Below are positions 47,248 through 60,100 of a stretch of 64,000 bases of DNA, one piece after another. Where the stretch lies: positions 42,317 to 106,316 of the forward strand of contig JAUYSH010000120.1 in the NCBI GenBank assembly GCA_030696455.1. The letters are read 5' to 3'. The position numbers and the translations under genes were made by a program. The stretch is from Elusimicrobiota bacterium (lineage in GTDB: Bacteria; Elusimicrobiota; Elusimicrobia; UBA1565; UBA9628). Position 1 is the stretch's first letter; every line of letters begins with the position of its first letter. The notes under the pieces were generated by a model. The model worked only from the letters and a program-made list of their open reading frames with translations, had not been told where the DNA came from and did not search any database.

Positions 47248-48486
47248 ATGAGCCCCCTCCCCCTCGCCGCCGCCGTGATGCTCTCTCTGATCGCCTCCAA
47301 CGCCCGGGCGCAGTTCTGCCCGCTCGACGCCGGCGATACGATTCAAAAGATCGTGGCCTGCAAGCCGGAGGTGAGCACGGCCGATTGCCGCGCGCTCGCG
47401 CAAAGCGTGGGCTGCTCGGTCGTGCGCGAGCTCCCGTCCATCAACGCGATCGTCATCGAGCTCCCCGCCTTCAAGGCGGACGGCGCCCAGGCCAAGCTCC
47501 TCGCCACCACGCAGGTGGATTTGGTCGAGACCGATAAGACCGTCAACTGGCTCAAGGGCGTGACCGTCGCCCCGCCCGCCGCCGCCGCCCACTTCGAGTT
47601 CGGAGACATCGCCCGCGGCATACTCAAGGGGATCAACAGCCTCAAGCCCGTCGCCGTCGCCGACCCCGAGCAGCCCTGGGGCATCCGCCGCGTCAACGCC
47701 GAGGCGTCCTGGACCTCCCCCCGCGGCCAGGGCCAGAGCGCGGCCGTCGCGATCATCGACACCGGCATCTCGCGGTCGCACCCCGACCTGGCGGGCCTCG
47801 TCCTGGGCGGCTTCAACGCGCTCGATCCGAAGAAGCCCGACGCGTGGGACGACGACCAGGGCCACGGCTCGCACGTCGCCGGCACCGTGGCGGGCAAGCG
47901 CGACGGCAAGGGCGTCGTCGGCGTGGCCCCGATGGCCCGCCTTTACGCGGTCAAGGTCCTCGACGCGGACGGCAACGGCGGCTACTCGAGCGTCATCGCC
48001 GGCATCGAGTGGGCCGTCAAGCGCGGCATCAAGGTCGCCAACATGAGCCTCGGCGCCGACGAGGGCAGCGAGGCGCTGCGCCGCGCCGTCTCGGCCGCGA
48101 GCAAGGCGGGCCTGACCATCGTCGCCGCCTCCGGCAACGGAGGCGCCGCCGTCGGCTACCCGGCGAGCTACCCCGAGGTCCTCGCCGTCGGCGCCTCCGA
48201 CATCAAGGACGGCGTCGCCGAGTTCTCGAGCCGCGGGCCCGAGGTCGATTTCATCGCCCCCGGAGTCAACGTGAAGTCGGTCCGCATGGAAGGCGGCTGG
48301 GAGGAGCTCTCCGGCACCTCGATGGCGACCCCGCACGTCGCGGGCCTCGCGGCCCTGGCGGTCGCCCGCGGGGCGTCGTCTCCGGCGGCGGTGCGCGCGA
48401 TGCTCAAGCGCGCCGCGACGCCGCTTCCCGGCCTGAGCGCCGCCGTGCAGGGCGCGGGCATGATCGACGCCGGCAAGCTGCAGTAA
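47248..48486 (+). CDS. Subtilisin-like serine protease (S8) with an N-terminal I9 propeptide
   Basis: The Asp/His/Ser triad motifs AIIDTGI, HGSHVAGTVAG and GTSMATPHVAG. Signal peptide present. Confidence 0.9.
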   Translation: MSPLPLAAAVMLSLIASNARAQFCPLDAGDTIQKIVACKPEVSTADCRALAQSVGCSVVRELPSINAIVIELPAFKADGAQAKLLATTQVDLVETDKTVNWLKGVTVAPPAAAAHFEFGDIARGILKGINSLKPVAVADPEQPWGIRRVNAEASWTSPRGQGQSAAVAIIDTGISRSHPDLAGLVLGGFNALDPKKPDAWDDDQGHGSHVAGTVAGKRDGKGVVGVAPMARLYAVKVLDADGNGGYSSVIAGIEWAVKRGIKVANMSLGADEGSEALRRAVSAASKAGLTIVAASGNGGAAVGYPASYPEVLAVGASDIKDGVAEFSSRGPEVDFIAPGVNVKSVRMEGGWEELSGTSMATPHVAGLAALAVARGASSPAAVRAMLKRAATPLPGLSAAVQGAGMIDAGKLQ

Positions 48487-48499
48487 GACGGCCGAATTC

Positions 48500-48557
48500 G
48501 ACGGGCGCCGGTCCGCGGGGCTTTACCCCGAATTCCCGCGGGCAACCGGCGCCCGTC
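48500..48557. terminator. Bidirectional stem-loop between convergent genes
   Basis: A 12-bp perfect inverted repeat GACGGGCGCCGG...CCGGCGCCCGTC encloses an inner hairpin CGGGGctttaCCCCG. It sits between the stops at 48486 and 48560. Confidence 0.5.
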
Positions 48558-48559
48558 CT

Positions 48560-49660
48560 CTATTTATCGGGAGCGGTGTAGATGACCTCGGAGCCCGGCA
48601 GAAGGTCGCCCTTGCCGAAGCCCGCGGTGCGCAGGTCGTAGAAGTCGCGGTAGGCCCGGAAGCGCGTGCCGCCCGCGGCGGGCACCTCGAGGAGGATGAA
48701 GTCCCCCTCGGCGTCCTTGCGCAGGCCGAAGAAGCGGCCCGTCACCGTCTTGCCGCCATGAAGCACGACCTCGACCGGAGCGCCGTCGGGAAGCTTGTCC
48801 CGGACATCCGAGATCGAGGAGATCTTGCCCCGCGACGCGTAATGCTCGGTGCGCAGCGCGACCTTATCCACCCGGTGATACTCCCGGGAGAGGTGGACCT
48901 CTCCTTTGGGTCCCTCCAGGAGGATCTCATTGCCGTCGGCCTTCACGATCCGCCCGGAGACGGTCTGCGCCGACCACTTCAGATCGTCGAGGTCGCGCGT
49001 GTCGATGTCGACGAAGCGGCCGTGATGGCGGGCGAGGTCCCGGAACGGATCGGCCACGGGCGCGCGGCTGTGCACGACGACCTCGTCCGGACGCAGGCTG
49101 GCTCCGTCGAACAGGACGTCCACCGTGCGGCGGACCTCGGCGATGCCGCCCGCGGCCATGTCGAGGCCGACGAGCTTGTCTCCCGTCTGGAAGATCATCT
49201 TCCCGCCGGCCAGGCCCCGGAACGCGCCGTCGACTCGCTCGCCGTTGGCGAGCGTGACTGAGAGGCGCGGATCGGCGGGATTGTCGCCGAGCGCGGAGTT
49301 GAGCACGGCCTTCGTGCCCTCGTCCTTGGCGCCCGAGACGAGCCTGCTCCACTCCGCGGACGTGTAGCCGGCCCCCGCGGCGGGGAGCAGCTTCGGGTCC
49401 ACCGGGGAGATCAAAGACGGGGCCAGCACGGGGACGGGGGCTCCCGGGGCCGGCGCGGCGGCGGGCGCGGCCAGCGAAGTGCCCTGAAGCCCGGGCGCCA
49501 GCGACGGGCTCAGCGCGGGAACGGCAAGGCCCCCGGGCACCGCGCTGACCGCGGCGCCGGCGGCCGAGGAGCCCTTGGCCGCGGAGGCGGCCTCGCCGAC
49601 GACCTGCGCGGGAGCCGGGACGGCCAACAGGCACGCGAAAAGCGCCGGGAGGGGTCTCAC
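48560..49660 (-). CDS. Secreted hypothetical protein (Ala/Pro-rich N-terminus)
   Basis: Signal peptide, 366 aa. Lies downstream of copA on the same strand. Confidence 0.4.
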   Translation of the reverse strand: MRPLPALFACLLAVPAPAQVVGEAASAAKGSSAAGAAVSAVPGGLAVPALSPSLAPGLQGTSLAAPAAAPAPGAPVPVLAPSLISPVDPKLLPAAGAGYTSAEWSRLVSGAKDEGTKAVLNSALGDNPADPRLSVTLANGERVDGAFRGLAGGKMIFQTGDKLVGLDMAAGGIAEVRRTVDVLFDGASLRPDEVVVHSRAPVADPFRDLARHHGRFVDIDTRDLDDLKWSAQTVSGRIVKADGNEILLEGPKGEVHLSREYHRVDKVALRTEHYASRGKISSISDVRDKLPDGAPVEVVLHGGKTVTGRFFGLRKDAEGDFILLEVPAAGGTRFRAYRDFYDLRTAGFGKGDLLPGSEVIYTAPDK

Positions 49661-49742
49661 GGGAGGAGTGTAAGCCCGGCTTTCGGCCCCGTCAAGGGGG
49701 GCCAGGATTATCTCAAGATAATCGAACGCCTCAGCGCCCCCT

Positions 49743-52112
<2,370 letters not shown>

Positions 52113-52153
52113 AGGCAATTCATTCCCGTGCGCCGGCAAGCCCAACGCTCTGT

Positions 52154-52169
52154 CGATTGTAGTCAATCG
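52154..52169. promoter_or_regulatory. Palindrome CGATTG-tagt-CAATCG in the copA / type III PKS divergent intergenic region
   Basis: A perfect 6-bp inverted repeat with a 4-nt spacer, 42 nt upstream of the copA ATG. It may be an operator. Confidence 0.3.
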
Positions 52170-52226
52170 GGGGCGCCGGACGCCAAGACCCGCGGGATCG
52201 ACGCTCGAAAAAGCTACGCTGTGGAC

Positions 52227-53282
52227 ATGCCCAATATCCTGTCGGCGGCGACGGCCGTGCCGGCGCACCGCTACGATCAGGAGGCGGTACGCCAAGCCTG
52301 CCGGACGGCGTTCGGACCGCTGCTCGAGTCTCCGGGGCGTGAAGCCATCTTCGACCACGCGGGAGTGCGCTCCCGCGCCCTCGTCGAGCCGATCGAACGC
52401 TACCTTTCTCCGCGCCCGTTCGAGGAAAAAAACGCCGCCTACTTCACGCACGCGCGCGAGCTCTCCGAGAGGGCCCTGCGCTCCGCGCTCGAAAAGTCGG
52501 GGCTTGATTTCCCCGACATCGGCCACATCATCTCGGTGACGACGACCGGGCTGCTCACGCCGAGCCTCGAGGCCCACCTGGCCCAAGCCCTCCCCTTTCC
52601 GCGCGGGGTCAAGCGGACCCCCCTCTTCGGCTCCGGCTGCGCCGGGGGCGCCGTCGCGCTCGCGCGCGCGGCCGACTTCCTGCTGGGAAGGCCCGAGGAA
52701 GCCGTCCTCGTGCTCTCCGTCGAGCTGTGCAGCCTGACCTTCATGCCGCAGGAGCAGGAGACGACGCAGATCGTGGCCGCCGCGCTGTTCGGCGACGGCG
52801 CGTCCGCGGTGGTCCTGGCCGGAGACCGCCACCGGAGCCGAAGCCGCGCTGAGATCGTCGACTCGGCCAGCGAGCTCCTTCCGGACTCGCTCGACGTCAT
52901 GGGCTGGGACTTCACCGATCAAGGCATGCGCCTGGTCCTCTCTCCGAGGGCGGTGACGCTCGTCGAGGACGGCTTCGCCGCGGCGGTGGAGCCCTTCCTC
53001 GCGCGCCATGGCCTGAAGACGGGAGACATCGAGCACTTCCTGCTCCACCCCGGGAGCGCTAAAATCCTGGACGCATGCGAGCGGTCTCTCGGGATCGATG
53101 CGCGTAAGACTTGGCTGTCGCGTGAATTCCTGGCCGCGAACGGGAACCTCTCTTCCTCGTCGCTGCTTTTCATCCTGGAGGACGCCTTCGTAAAAGCCAG
53201 GCCTCGATCAGGCTCGCATGGACTCATGGCCGCGTTCGGCCCGGGGTTTTCCTGTGAACTCCTGCTTCTCCGGTTTTCCTAG
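52227..53282 (+). CDS. Type III polyketide synthase (chalcone/stilbene synthase family)
   Basis: Active-site Cys context [13 protein letters not shown], a C-terminal AFGPGFS motif, 351 aa. It is the real C-terminal part of a long wrong-frame track ORF. Confidence 0.85.
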   Translation: MPNILSAATAVPAHRYDQEAVRQACRTAFGPLLESPGREAIFDHAGVRSRALVEPIERYLSPRPFEEKNAAYFTHARELSERALRSALEKSGLDFPDIGHIISVTTTGLLTPSLEAHLAQALPFPRGVKRTPLFGSGCAGGAVALARAADFLLGRPEEAVLVLSVELCSLTFMPQEQETTQIVAAALFGDGASAVVLAGDRHRSRSRAEIVDSASELLPDSLDVMGWDFTDQGMRLVLSPRAVTLVEDGFAAAVEPFLARHGLKTGDIEHFLLHPGSAKILDACERSLGIDARKTWLSREFLAANGNLSSSSLLFILEDAFVKARPRSGSHGLMAAFGPGFSCELLLLRFS

Positions 53283-53749
53283 CGCGGAACGCGGCCTTGC
53301 CATAAAGCCCTGAACGCCTCGGGCTTGAGCGCGGAGAGGTGATGGCGAAACTCGATCCTGCGGTCCCGGTCCAGGATGAAAAGGTTGTGCAGCGGGCACG
53401 TCTGGGGCGGATGAGTCAATCCGAGCTTGCGGCCCACGATGTCCTCCGGGTCCAGCAGGATCGGGAAGCCGCATTGAGCGGATACCTGGCGCGGCAGGGT
53501 TTCGTCGTCGCCGAGCAGGCTGACGGCGAGTATGCGGAAGCGGTCGTCCGCCTTCAGCCGCAGTTCCTCGAGCAGCGGCACTTTCGAGCGGCAGTCCTCG
53601 CAAAGATTCGTGAGCCAGACGACGGTTTTCTTGCCGGCGGGATTGTGCGACAACGAGCACGAGCGTCCGGCCTCGTCGTCGAGAGCGAAGTCGGGGAAAT
53701 AGCGTCCGACCTCCAGGCCTTTGTGCCACCAGGCGCGGAGGGGCCACAT
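53279..53749 (-). CDS. Redoxin/AhpC-TSA-like thioredoxin-fold protein (156 aa)
   Basis: The ATG at 53749. Motifs VVWLTNLCEDC and CPLHNLFILD. The track ORF is over-extended into the methyltransferase gene. Confidence 0.6.
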   Translation of the reverse strand: MWPLRAWWHKGLEVGRYFPDFALDDEAGRSCSLSHNPAGKKTVVWLTNLCEDCRSKVPLLEELRLKADDRFRILAVSLLGDDETLPRQVSAQCGFPILLDPEDIVGRKLGLTHPPQTCPLHNLFILDRDRRIEFRHHLSALKPEAFRALWQGRVPR

Positions 53750-53775
53750 CAGCTTCCAGATTCCCCTCGTCAGGC

Positions 53776-54969
53776 TCAAGGCGCCGCCTCTCGGAGAACG
53801 ACCCCGCGCCGGTCCGCCGCCTTGCGGTAAGCCTTGACCGTCCAATAGCTGCCCGTGCGAAGATTGTGGACGCGGATGCCCTGCTCGGCCGGCGCGAGCC
53901 CTTCCAGCCGGCGCCAGATCAGCTTCGCCTTGAGGTTCCGGTTCATGGAGACGATCAGCGTCCCGCCCGGCGCCAGCCGCGCCAGAGCGTGGGCGAAGAC
54001 CTTCTCGATCTCCGACAGCGGATAATAATAGAGCACCTCGTTGAGGACGAGCGCGTCGAACCCGCCGCCCTCGAACTTCTCGAACGGCTCGTGCGCGAAG
54101 CCGACGCCGGGCTCCGCGCCGTAGGCCGCCGCCGCCTTCTTGAGGGCCTCCTCGGAGAGATCGAGGCCGACGTACTCGGACGCGTGCCCGCGCAGGAGCG
54201 GATAGAGCGTGGCCAAGCCGCAGCCCGCGTCCAGGACGCGCCCGCCCTCGCGCGGAAGGCGGTCGGCCAATAAACCCGCGATCGCGTAGTGGCGCGGCCG
54301 CTGGTCCGTCGAGTCGAGGAAGTCCCAATGGCCGCAGGCGTAGGAGTCGTCCCACGACGAGCGCCGATTATCGGCGACCAGGTTGCGCAGCTGCCCAAGC
54401 TCGTGGCGCAGCGCGCTCCAGGGGTCGTCCCTATGGAGGAAAGCCAGGTCGCGCCAATCGGCGAAAGCGGCGGCGGCCCAGCCCAAGGCGCCTCCCGCCA
54501 GAAAATCGGCGAACGAGTGGCGCTCCGTCGCGGCCATCGCGACGATGGTCGCGGCCAGCAGCGCCAGCCCGGCGGCGACGGCCGCCTTCTGACCGCGGCG
54601 GGCGCAGAAGATCACGATCAAAGTCATGCCCGCGACCTGCAGGCACGGCGCGGCGTCGAGGCCCAACAGCTCCCACGGGGGCAGAAGAAGGACGAGCCCG
54701 GCCAAAAGCAGCGCCGCGAACGCCATGAGCAGGCGCCGCAAAGCGCCGGCCTCCAGCCGCGTCGCGCTCAACCCCAGCGGAACGAAGTAGACGACGCAGC
54801 CCAAGGCGTAGACGCCGTCCCAGAACGGCGCCGCGCTCACCCCGGAATGCCGGGAGTGCAGCGCCGCCTCGAGCGCGAGGAAGCCCGCCGTCAGGGCGGC
54901 GCCGGTCGCCCAGACTGGGCGCTCATAACGGAGAGGGAAGAACGCGGCCAATGGCGGGCGCGTGCTCAA
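53776..54969 (-). CDS. Polytopic membrane domain fused to a class I SAM-dependent methyltransferase
   Basis: About 5 TM helices in the first 200 aa, then the RVLDAGCGLATL motif I and a methyltransferase type 11/12-like C-terminus. Confidence 0.75.
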   Translation of the reverse strand: MSTRPPLAAFFPLRYERPVWATGAALTAGFLALEAALHSRHSGVSAAPFWDGVYALGCVVYFVPLGLSATRLEAGALRRLLMAFAALLLAGLVLLLPPWELLGLDAAPCLQVAGMTLIVIFCARRGQKAAVAAGLALLAATIVAMAATERHSFADFLAGGALGWAAAAFADWRDLAFLHRDDPWSALRHELGQLRNLVADNRRSSWDDSYACGHWDFLDSTDQRPRHYAIAGLLADRLPREGGRVLDAGCGLATLYPLLRGHASEYVGLDLSEEALKKAAAAYGAEPGVGFAHEPFEKFEGGGFDALVLNEVLYYYPLSEIEKVFAHALARLAPGGTLIVSMNRNLKAKLIWRRLEGLAPAEQGIRVHNLRTGSYWTVKAYRKAADRRGVVLREAAP

Positions 54970-55772
54970 GGCTTCGCCTCGGGCCGCTTGCGCGTCGACG
55001 ACTGGACGCGGCCGTCCCGTGCCTTCGGCTTGTTCCAGGAGGTATGCAAAGATTCATGGGCCTCGCGCATGTACCGCGCGTAGACTTCCTCGAAATCGTA
55101 CCGCGGGAGAACCCGAGGAGTCCTCTGGTATTCATACTGCCGATGCCAAGGGTCGGAAGGGGCCGCGCCGGCCTTCGGGAACTCCTTCGCCAGATAGGCG
55201 TAAACATCCCGCTGCACGAAGTCGAATTCTTCCTGGAGCTTCTCGATCTCGATATCGATGGCTTCGACCCGGCCGACGATCCCGCGCAGTCCGTTCTTGA
55301 GGACATCGAACCCCCCCGCCGTGTTCTGCACGTCTCCTTCGGCGCCGGCTTCATTCTGCAGGGCCTTTCGAAGCTTCCACCATGAGGCCTCCTGCTTCTG
55401 AATCTCGCCGGACGCGCTTTTCAATCTCTCAATTAGACGGCTCACGCGGGTCATGAGACGCCAGGCCGAAGCGCTCTCGCCGCCCGCGGAGGCGGCGCCG
55501 CCGCCCGCGATGCCCCGCCATTCTTCGTACATAGTCCGGGAATCCCGCTCGAGGTAGCTGAGCTCGCTTTGAAGAATCTGCGTCCGGCTCGACAGGTCGT
55601 TGATGACGCCGCGCGCGCTCAACAGTTCGCATCCCGGGAAACGAATCCCCTGAGTCTTCGCCTCGTCCATAACCCGCGGATCACCCAGCGCGGCGCTCGG
55701 CGCGGCCGCGGACGCGGCCGGTCCTGCGACGGCGAACGCCAACGCACCCATCAGTAAAATCCCTTCCCTCAT
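54966..55772 (-). CDS. Secreted coiled-coil hypothetical protein
   Basis: Signal peptide from M15 (MREGILLMGALAFAVAG). Its stop overlaps the methyltransferase start (ATGA). The earlier ATG at 55814 would overlap the DUF2231 gene. Confidence 0.4.
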   Translation of the reverse strand: MREGILLMGALAFAVAGPAASAAAPSAALGDPRVMDEAKTQGIRFPGCELLSARGVINDLSSRTQILQSELSYLERDSRTMYEEWRGIAGGGAASAGGESASAWRLMTRVSRLIERLKSASGEIQKQEASWWKLRKALQNEAGAEGDVQNTAGGFDVLKNGLRGIVGRVEAIDIEIEKLQEEFDFVQRDVYAYLAKEFPKAGAAPSDPWHRQYEYQRTPRVLPRYDFEEVYARYMREAHESLHTSWNKPKARDGRVQSSTRKRPEAKP

Positions 55773-55797
55773 CTTCCCCTCCTTGAAACGGCCGGCC

Positions 55798-56244
55798 TCA
55801 CGGCGTCCCGACACCGACGGCGAACCCGTAGACGAGCTCCGCGCCGTGCAAGGCCGTCGAGATGAGCAGGCCGAGCCCGAGAACCCACAGCAAGGCCTGG
55901 GCGACGCGGACTTTCCCCTCGTCGCGCCCGTTCTTCACCGCGAACAGCCTCAGGCACGACAGCGCGCTGAAGACGGCGCAGGTCCACCACGCGAACTCCT
56001 CATGCTCGGCCTGGACCTCCCAGGCCAGCGCCCTGTGAGGCGCCGTCTTCTCCGCGAGAAGCCCCAGGCCGAGCGTCGCCCAGGCGGACAGCGTCCCCAG
56101 CCAAAGAAGCCATGATTCGGCCTTCGCCAGCCACTCCGGCGCGGCCTTGCGCAGCCGCAGCCCGGCGGCCGCCGCTCCCGCGATCAGGAACGCGATCGGG
56201 AAGTGGACGGCCGCCGGATGCAGATGGTAGAGCTTGAACTCCAC
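55798..56244 (-). CDS. DUF2231 membrane protein
   Basis: 4 TM helices and the N-terminal HPAAVHFPIAFLIA pattern. This family is often found beside copper genes. Confidence 0.6.
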   Translation of the reverse strand: MEFKLYHLHPAAVHFPIAFLIAGAAAAGLRLRKAAPEWLAKAESWLLWLGTLSAWATLGLGLLAEKTAPHRALAWEVQAEHEEFAWWTCAVFSALSCLRLFAVKNGRDEGKVRVAQALLWVLGLGLLISTALHGAELVYGFAVGVGTP

Positions 56245-56625
56245 CTACTGCTTCTCCGCCGACTTCACGATGACGGCCGTCAAGCCGCCGCGCGTGTAGA
56301 CCATGCCGGAGATCTTCGCGTTGGCGCCCGCGAGCGCCTTGGCCTCGAGGTAGGGCTTCTCGTTCTCATGGTCGCCCACGACGAGGTAGACCTTGCCTTC
56401 CTTCGTCAGCAGGCCGATGGGGGCCCCGCCCGCCACGCAGGCGGCGGCGCACTTCGCGTGCTTCTTGCCCTTGCCCTCGTGGGCCATGTAGCAGCCCATG
56501 TCGAGAATCTCTCCCGAGATCGTCTCGGACTTTCCCTTCGGATCCAGATGCGAATGCGCGCCCGCGGCCCAGGCGCTTGCGGCGACGGCGGCTACGATGA
56601 CCGCGGCGCTGATCAGCTTTCTCAT
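56245..56625 (-). CDS. Secreted Cys/His-containing small protein, possibly metal-binding
   Basis: Signal peptide. HSHLD, GCYMAHEGKGKKHAKCAAAC. Start chosen at the second ATG (56625) from Shine-Dalgarno spacing. Its stop abuts the DUF2231 start. Confidence 0.4.
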   Translation of the reverse strand: MRKLISAAVIVAAVAASAWAAGAHSHLDPKGKSETISGEILDMGCYMAHEGKGKKHAKCAAACVAGGAPIGLLTKEGKVYLVVGDHENEKPYLEAKALAGANAKISGMVYTRGGLTAVIVKSAEKQ

Positions 56626-56669
56626 GTTCATTCTCCTTTTCTATTTTTTGAGCGGCTATTCTCTTGATT

Positions 56670-56840
56670 TCAGTGCCGATGGCGGCCTGAATCGGGCTCC
56701 GTTCCTTGGACCGGCGACGATGAGACGGCGACGGGCGCCTGCGCGGACTTCTCCGCGTGCTTCTTATGGGCGCCCTTCATTCCCAGCATCATGCCGCCCA
56801 TCATGACGACCATCAATGCGATTCCTGCTGCTGTGAGCAT
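56670..56840 (-). CDS. Met-rich membrane micropeptide (56 aa) with MMGGMM motifs and a His-rich tail
   Basis: Not in the ORF track because it is under 60 aa. GGAGG lies 3 nt before the ATG. One TM helix (AGIALMVVMMGGMMLGM) followed by KGAHKKH...GRHRH. Confidence 0.35.
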   Translation of the reverse strand: MLTAAGIALMVVMMGGMMLGMKGAHKKHAEKSAQAPVAVSSSPVQGTEPDSGRHRH

Positions 56841-57121
56841 ATGCCTCCATTTTCACCGACGTCTTAATGCTGATGCGCGCCATGGCCGTGATGCTCGCCG
56901 TCGTCCTTGGCCCGAGCGGCTTCGATCAGCTTGTTCTTGTTTTCGAGCTGCTTCTTGAGCTTGCCTCGAGCTTCTTGCGCTTGGCGGGCTTGAGGTCCGT
57001 CCTCTCCAACTCGGCGTCGAGCGCGTCGATCTTTTCCTGGAGCGACGAGGCGGCCTTCGTCTTCTTGTCCCGCGCTTCCTTGGCCCGCGCCTCTGCTTCC
57101 TCCTTGTCATTTGCGGCGGAC

Positions 57122-60100
57122 TTAGTGCTGCATGACCTGCAGATCGTCGGGGTTCGGCACGACGGTCCCCTTCTTCATGTCGCCGTGCCACTTCCAGAGC
57201 AGGAAGAGCGGAGGGAACACGAGCAGCTCCATCGTGAAGCTCGTCATCAGGCCGAAGAAGATCGGCGCCGAGATGCGCTTCATCACGTCCGCCCCGGTGC
57301 CGATCGACCACATGATCGGCAGCAGGCCCAGCATCGTCGTGCAGACGGTCATCATCTTGGGACGGATGCGCTTGACCGCGCCGTGGACGACGGCCTCCAC
57401 GAGGTCCTTGAAGGTTCTCATTTTCCCCTCCTTGACCGCCTGCCCGTAGGAGAGGTCGAGGTAGAGCAGCATGAACACGCCCATCTCCGCGTCGAGGCCC
57501 ATCAGCGCGATCATGCCGACCCACGCCGCGATGGAGAGGTTGTAGTCGAGGAGGTAGAAGCCCCACACCGCGCCGATCAAGGAGAAAGGCACGGCCAGCA
57601 TCACGATCGCGGTCTTGACCCAGGACTTCGTGTTGGCGTAGAGGAGGAGGATGATGAGCACGACGGTCAAGGGCAGCACGAGCTTGAGGCGCTCGCGCAC
57701 GCGGGCCATGTTCTCGTATTGGCCGCTCCACTGCAGGGCGTAGCCCGTGGGGAGCTTCACCGCGTGGGCGACCTTCTTCTTGGCCTCGACGACGTAGCTG
57801 CCGATGTCGCGGCCCGCCACGTCGACGTAGACGTAGCCCGCCAGCATCCCGTTCTCGTTGCGGATCATGGACGGCCCGAGCGTCAGCTCGATGTCGGCCA
57901 GCTGGGCGAGCGGGATCTGCGCCCCGTCCATCGTCGACACCAGCACGCGCCGCAGCTTGGGGAGGTTGTCGCGCAGCTCGCGCGGGTAGCGCACGTTGAC
58001 CGAGTAGCGCGCCCGCCCGTCGATGATCGTCGTCACGTTCTCGCCGCCGATGGCCGACATGATGACCATCTCGACCTCCTTGACGCTGAGGCCGTAGCGC
58101 GCGAGCTGGTCGCGCTTGAGCGTGAAGTCGACGAAGTAGCCGCCGGCGGTGCGCTCGGCGAAGACGGAGCGGGTGCCCGGGATGTTCCGCAAAACCGCCT
58201 CGAGCTCCGCGCCGACCTCCTCGATGGTCTTGAGGTCCGCGCCGAAGACCTTGATGCCGATGGGGGTGCGCACGCCGGTGGTGAGCATGTCGATGCGGCC
58301 CTTGATCGGCATCGTCCACGCGTTCGTGGCGCCGGGGAAGCGCATCTTGGAGTCCATCTCGGCGACGAGCTCGTCCCAGGTCAGGCGGTCCCACCAGATA
58401 TGGCGCAGGGGCTTCTGCAGCAATTCGGGCAGCCAGGAGGAGTACCAGCGCTCCTTCTTGCGCCACTCCTCCTTGGGCTTGAGGACGACGGTCGTCTCCA
58501 TCATGGAGAAGGGCGCGGGGTCGGTCGAGGACTCCATGCGGCCCGCCTTGCCGAAGACGCTCTCCACCTCGGGAAAGCTCTTGAGCACGCGGTCCTGCGC
58601 CTCGAGCAGCTTCGAGGCCTCGGTCACGGATATGCCGGGCAAGGTCGTCGGCATGTAGAGCATCGTGCCCTCGTTGAGCGGGGGCATGAACTCCGAGCCG
58701 AGCCTCATATAGACCGGGATCGTGGTGAGCACGACCAAGGCGGCCGTCGCGATGACCTTCCAAGGATGCTCGAGCGTCCAGCGGCAGGCCGGGTCGTAGA
58801 CCGCGTAGAGGCGGCGGCTGACCGGGTGCTTCTCCTCGGGATAGTAGCGCCCGACGGTGACCGTGTTGTAGAGGGAGGCGAGCAAAGCGGGCTTGAACGT
58901 CGCGTAGTCCATGCGCGAGAAGAGCATGCGCACCGCCGGGTCGAGCGTGACCGCGAGGAAGGCGGCCACGAACATGGTCAGGTTCTTGGTGTAGGCCAGG
59001 GGCTTGAAGAGGCGGCCCTCCTGGTCGAGAAGGGTGAAGATGGGCAGGAAGGCGACGGCGATGACGAGCAGGGAATAGAACACCGACGGTCCGACCTCCT
59101 GCATCGCCTCGAGGCGCACCTGGTGGAAATCCCCCTTGCGCCCGCCCGCGTCCCAGAGCTGCAGCTTTTTATAGGCGTTCTCGACCTCGATGATGGCGCC
59201 GTCGACCAGGACGCCGATGGAGATCGCGATGCCCGAGATCGACATGATGTTGGCGCTCACACCCATGAAGTACATCGGGATGAACGCGAGCAGGACCGCG
59301 ACCGGGATGGTGACGATGGGGACGACCGCCGAGGGGATGTGCCAGAGGAAGACCAGGATCACGAGGCTCACGATGCAGAGCTGAAGGAAGAGCTCGTGCT
59401 TGAGCGTGCCGATAGCGCCCTCGATGAGCTCGGAGCGGTCGTAGGTCTGGCGCAGCTCGACGCCCTCGGGCAAGGACGGCTTGATCTCCTCGAGGCGGGC
59501 CTTGACGCGCTCGATGACCTTGAGGGCATTTTCGCCGTGACGCATGACGACGGTGCCGCCGACGGCGTCGCCCTCGCCGTCGAGGTCGAGCACGCCGCGG
59601 CGGATGTCGGGGCCGAGCGTCACCTTGGCCACGCTCTTGACGAGTATGGGCGTGCCCTTCGCGTCGCGCCCGACGACGATCTTCTCGAGGTCCTCGACCG
59701 ATCTGGCGTAGCCGCGCCCGCGGATCATGTACTCGGCGCCGCCGAACTCCACGAGGCGGCCGCCCACGTCGTTGTTGCCGTCGCGGATCGCGTCGACCAC
59801 CTTCGAGAGCGGGACGCGGTACGCGGACAGCGCGTTGGGATCGACCTGCACCTGATACTGCTTCTGGAAGCCGCCGATGGAGGCGACCTCGGCCACGCCG
59901 GGAACGGACTGGAGGTAGTAGCGCAAGGTCCAGTCCTGGAAGGAGCGCAGATCGGCCAGGCTGTGGCGGCCGGTCTTGTCGACGAGCGCGTACTGATAGA
60001 TCCAGCCGACGCCGGTCGCGTCGGGGCCGAGCTCGGTGCGCACCCCCTCGGGCATCTGGGGCAGGATCTTGCTCAGGTACTCGAGCACGCGGGAGCGCGC

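Noticed and set aside
47203-48581. Minus 47203-48336 and plus 47844-48581
   Set aside because: Antisense or wrong frame of the subtilisin gene.
53279-54355. 358-aa minus-strand ORF
   Set aside because: Real only for its last 156 codons (the redoxin). The rest overlaps the methyltransferase gene out of frame.
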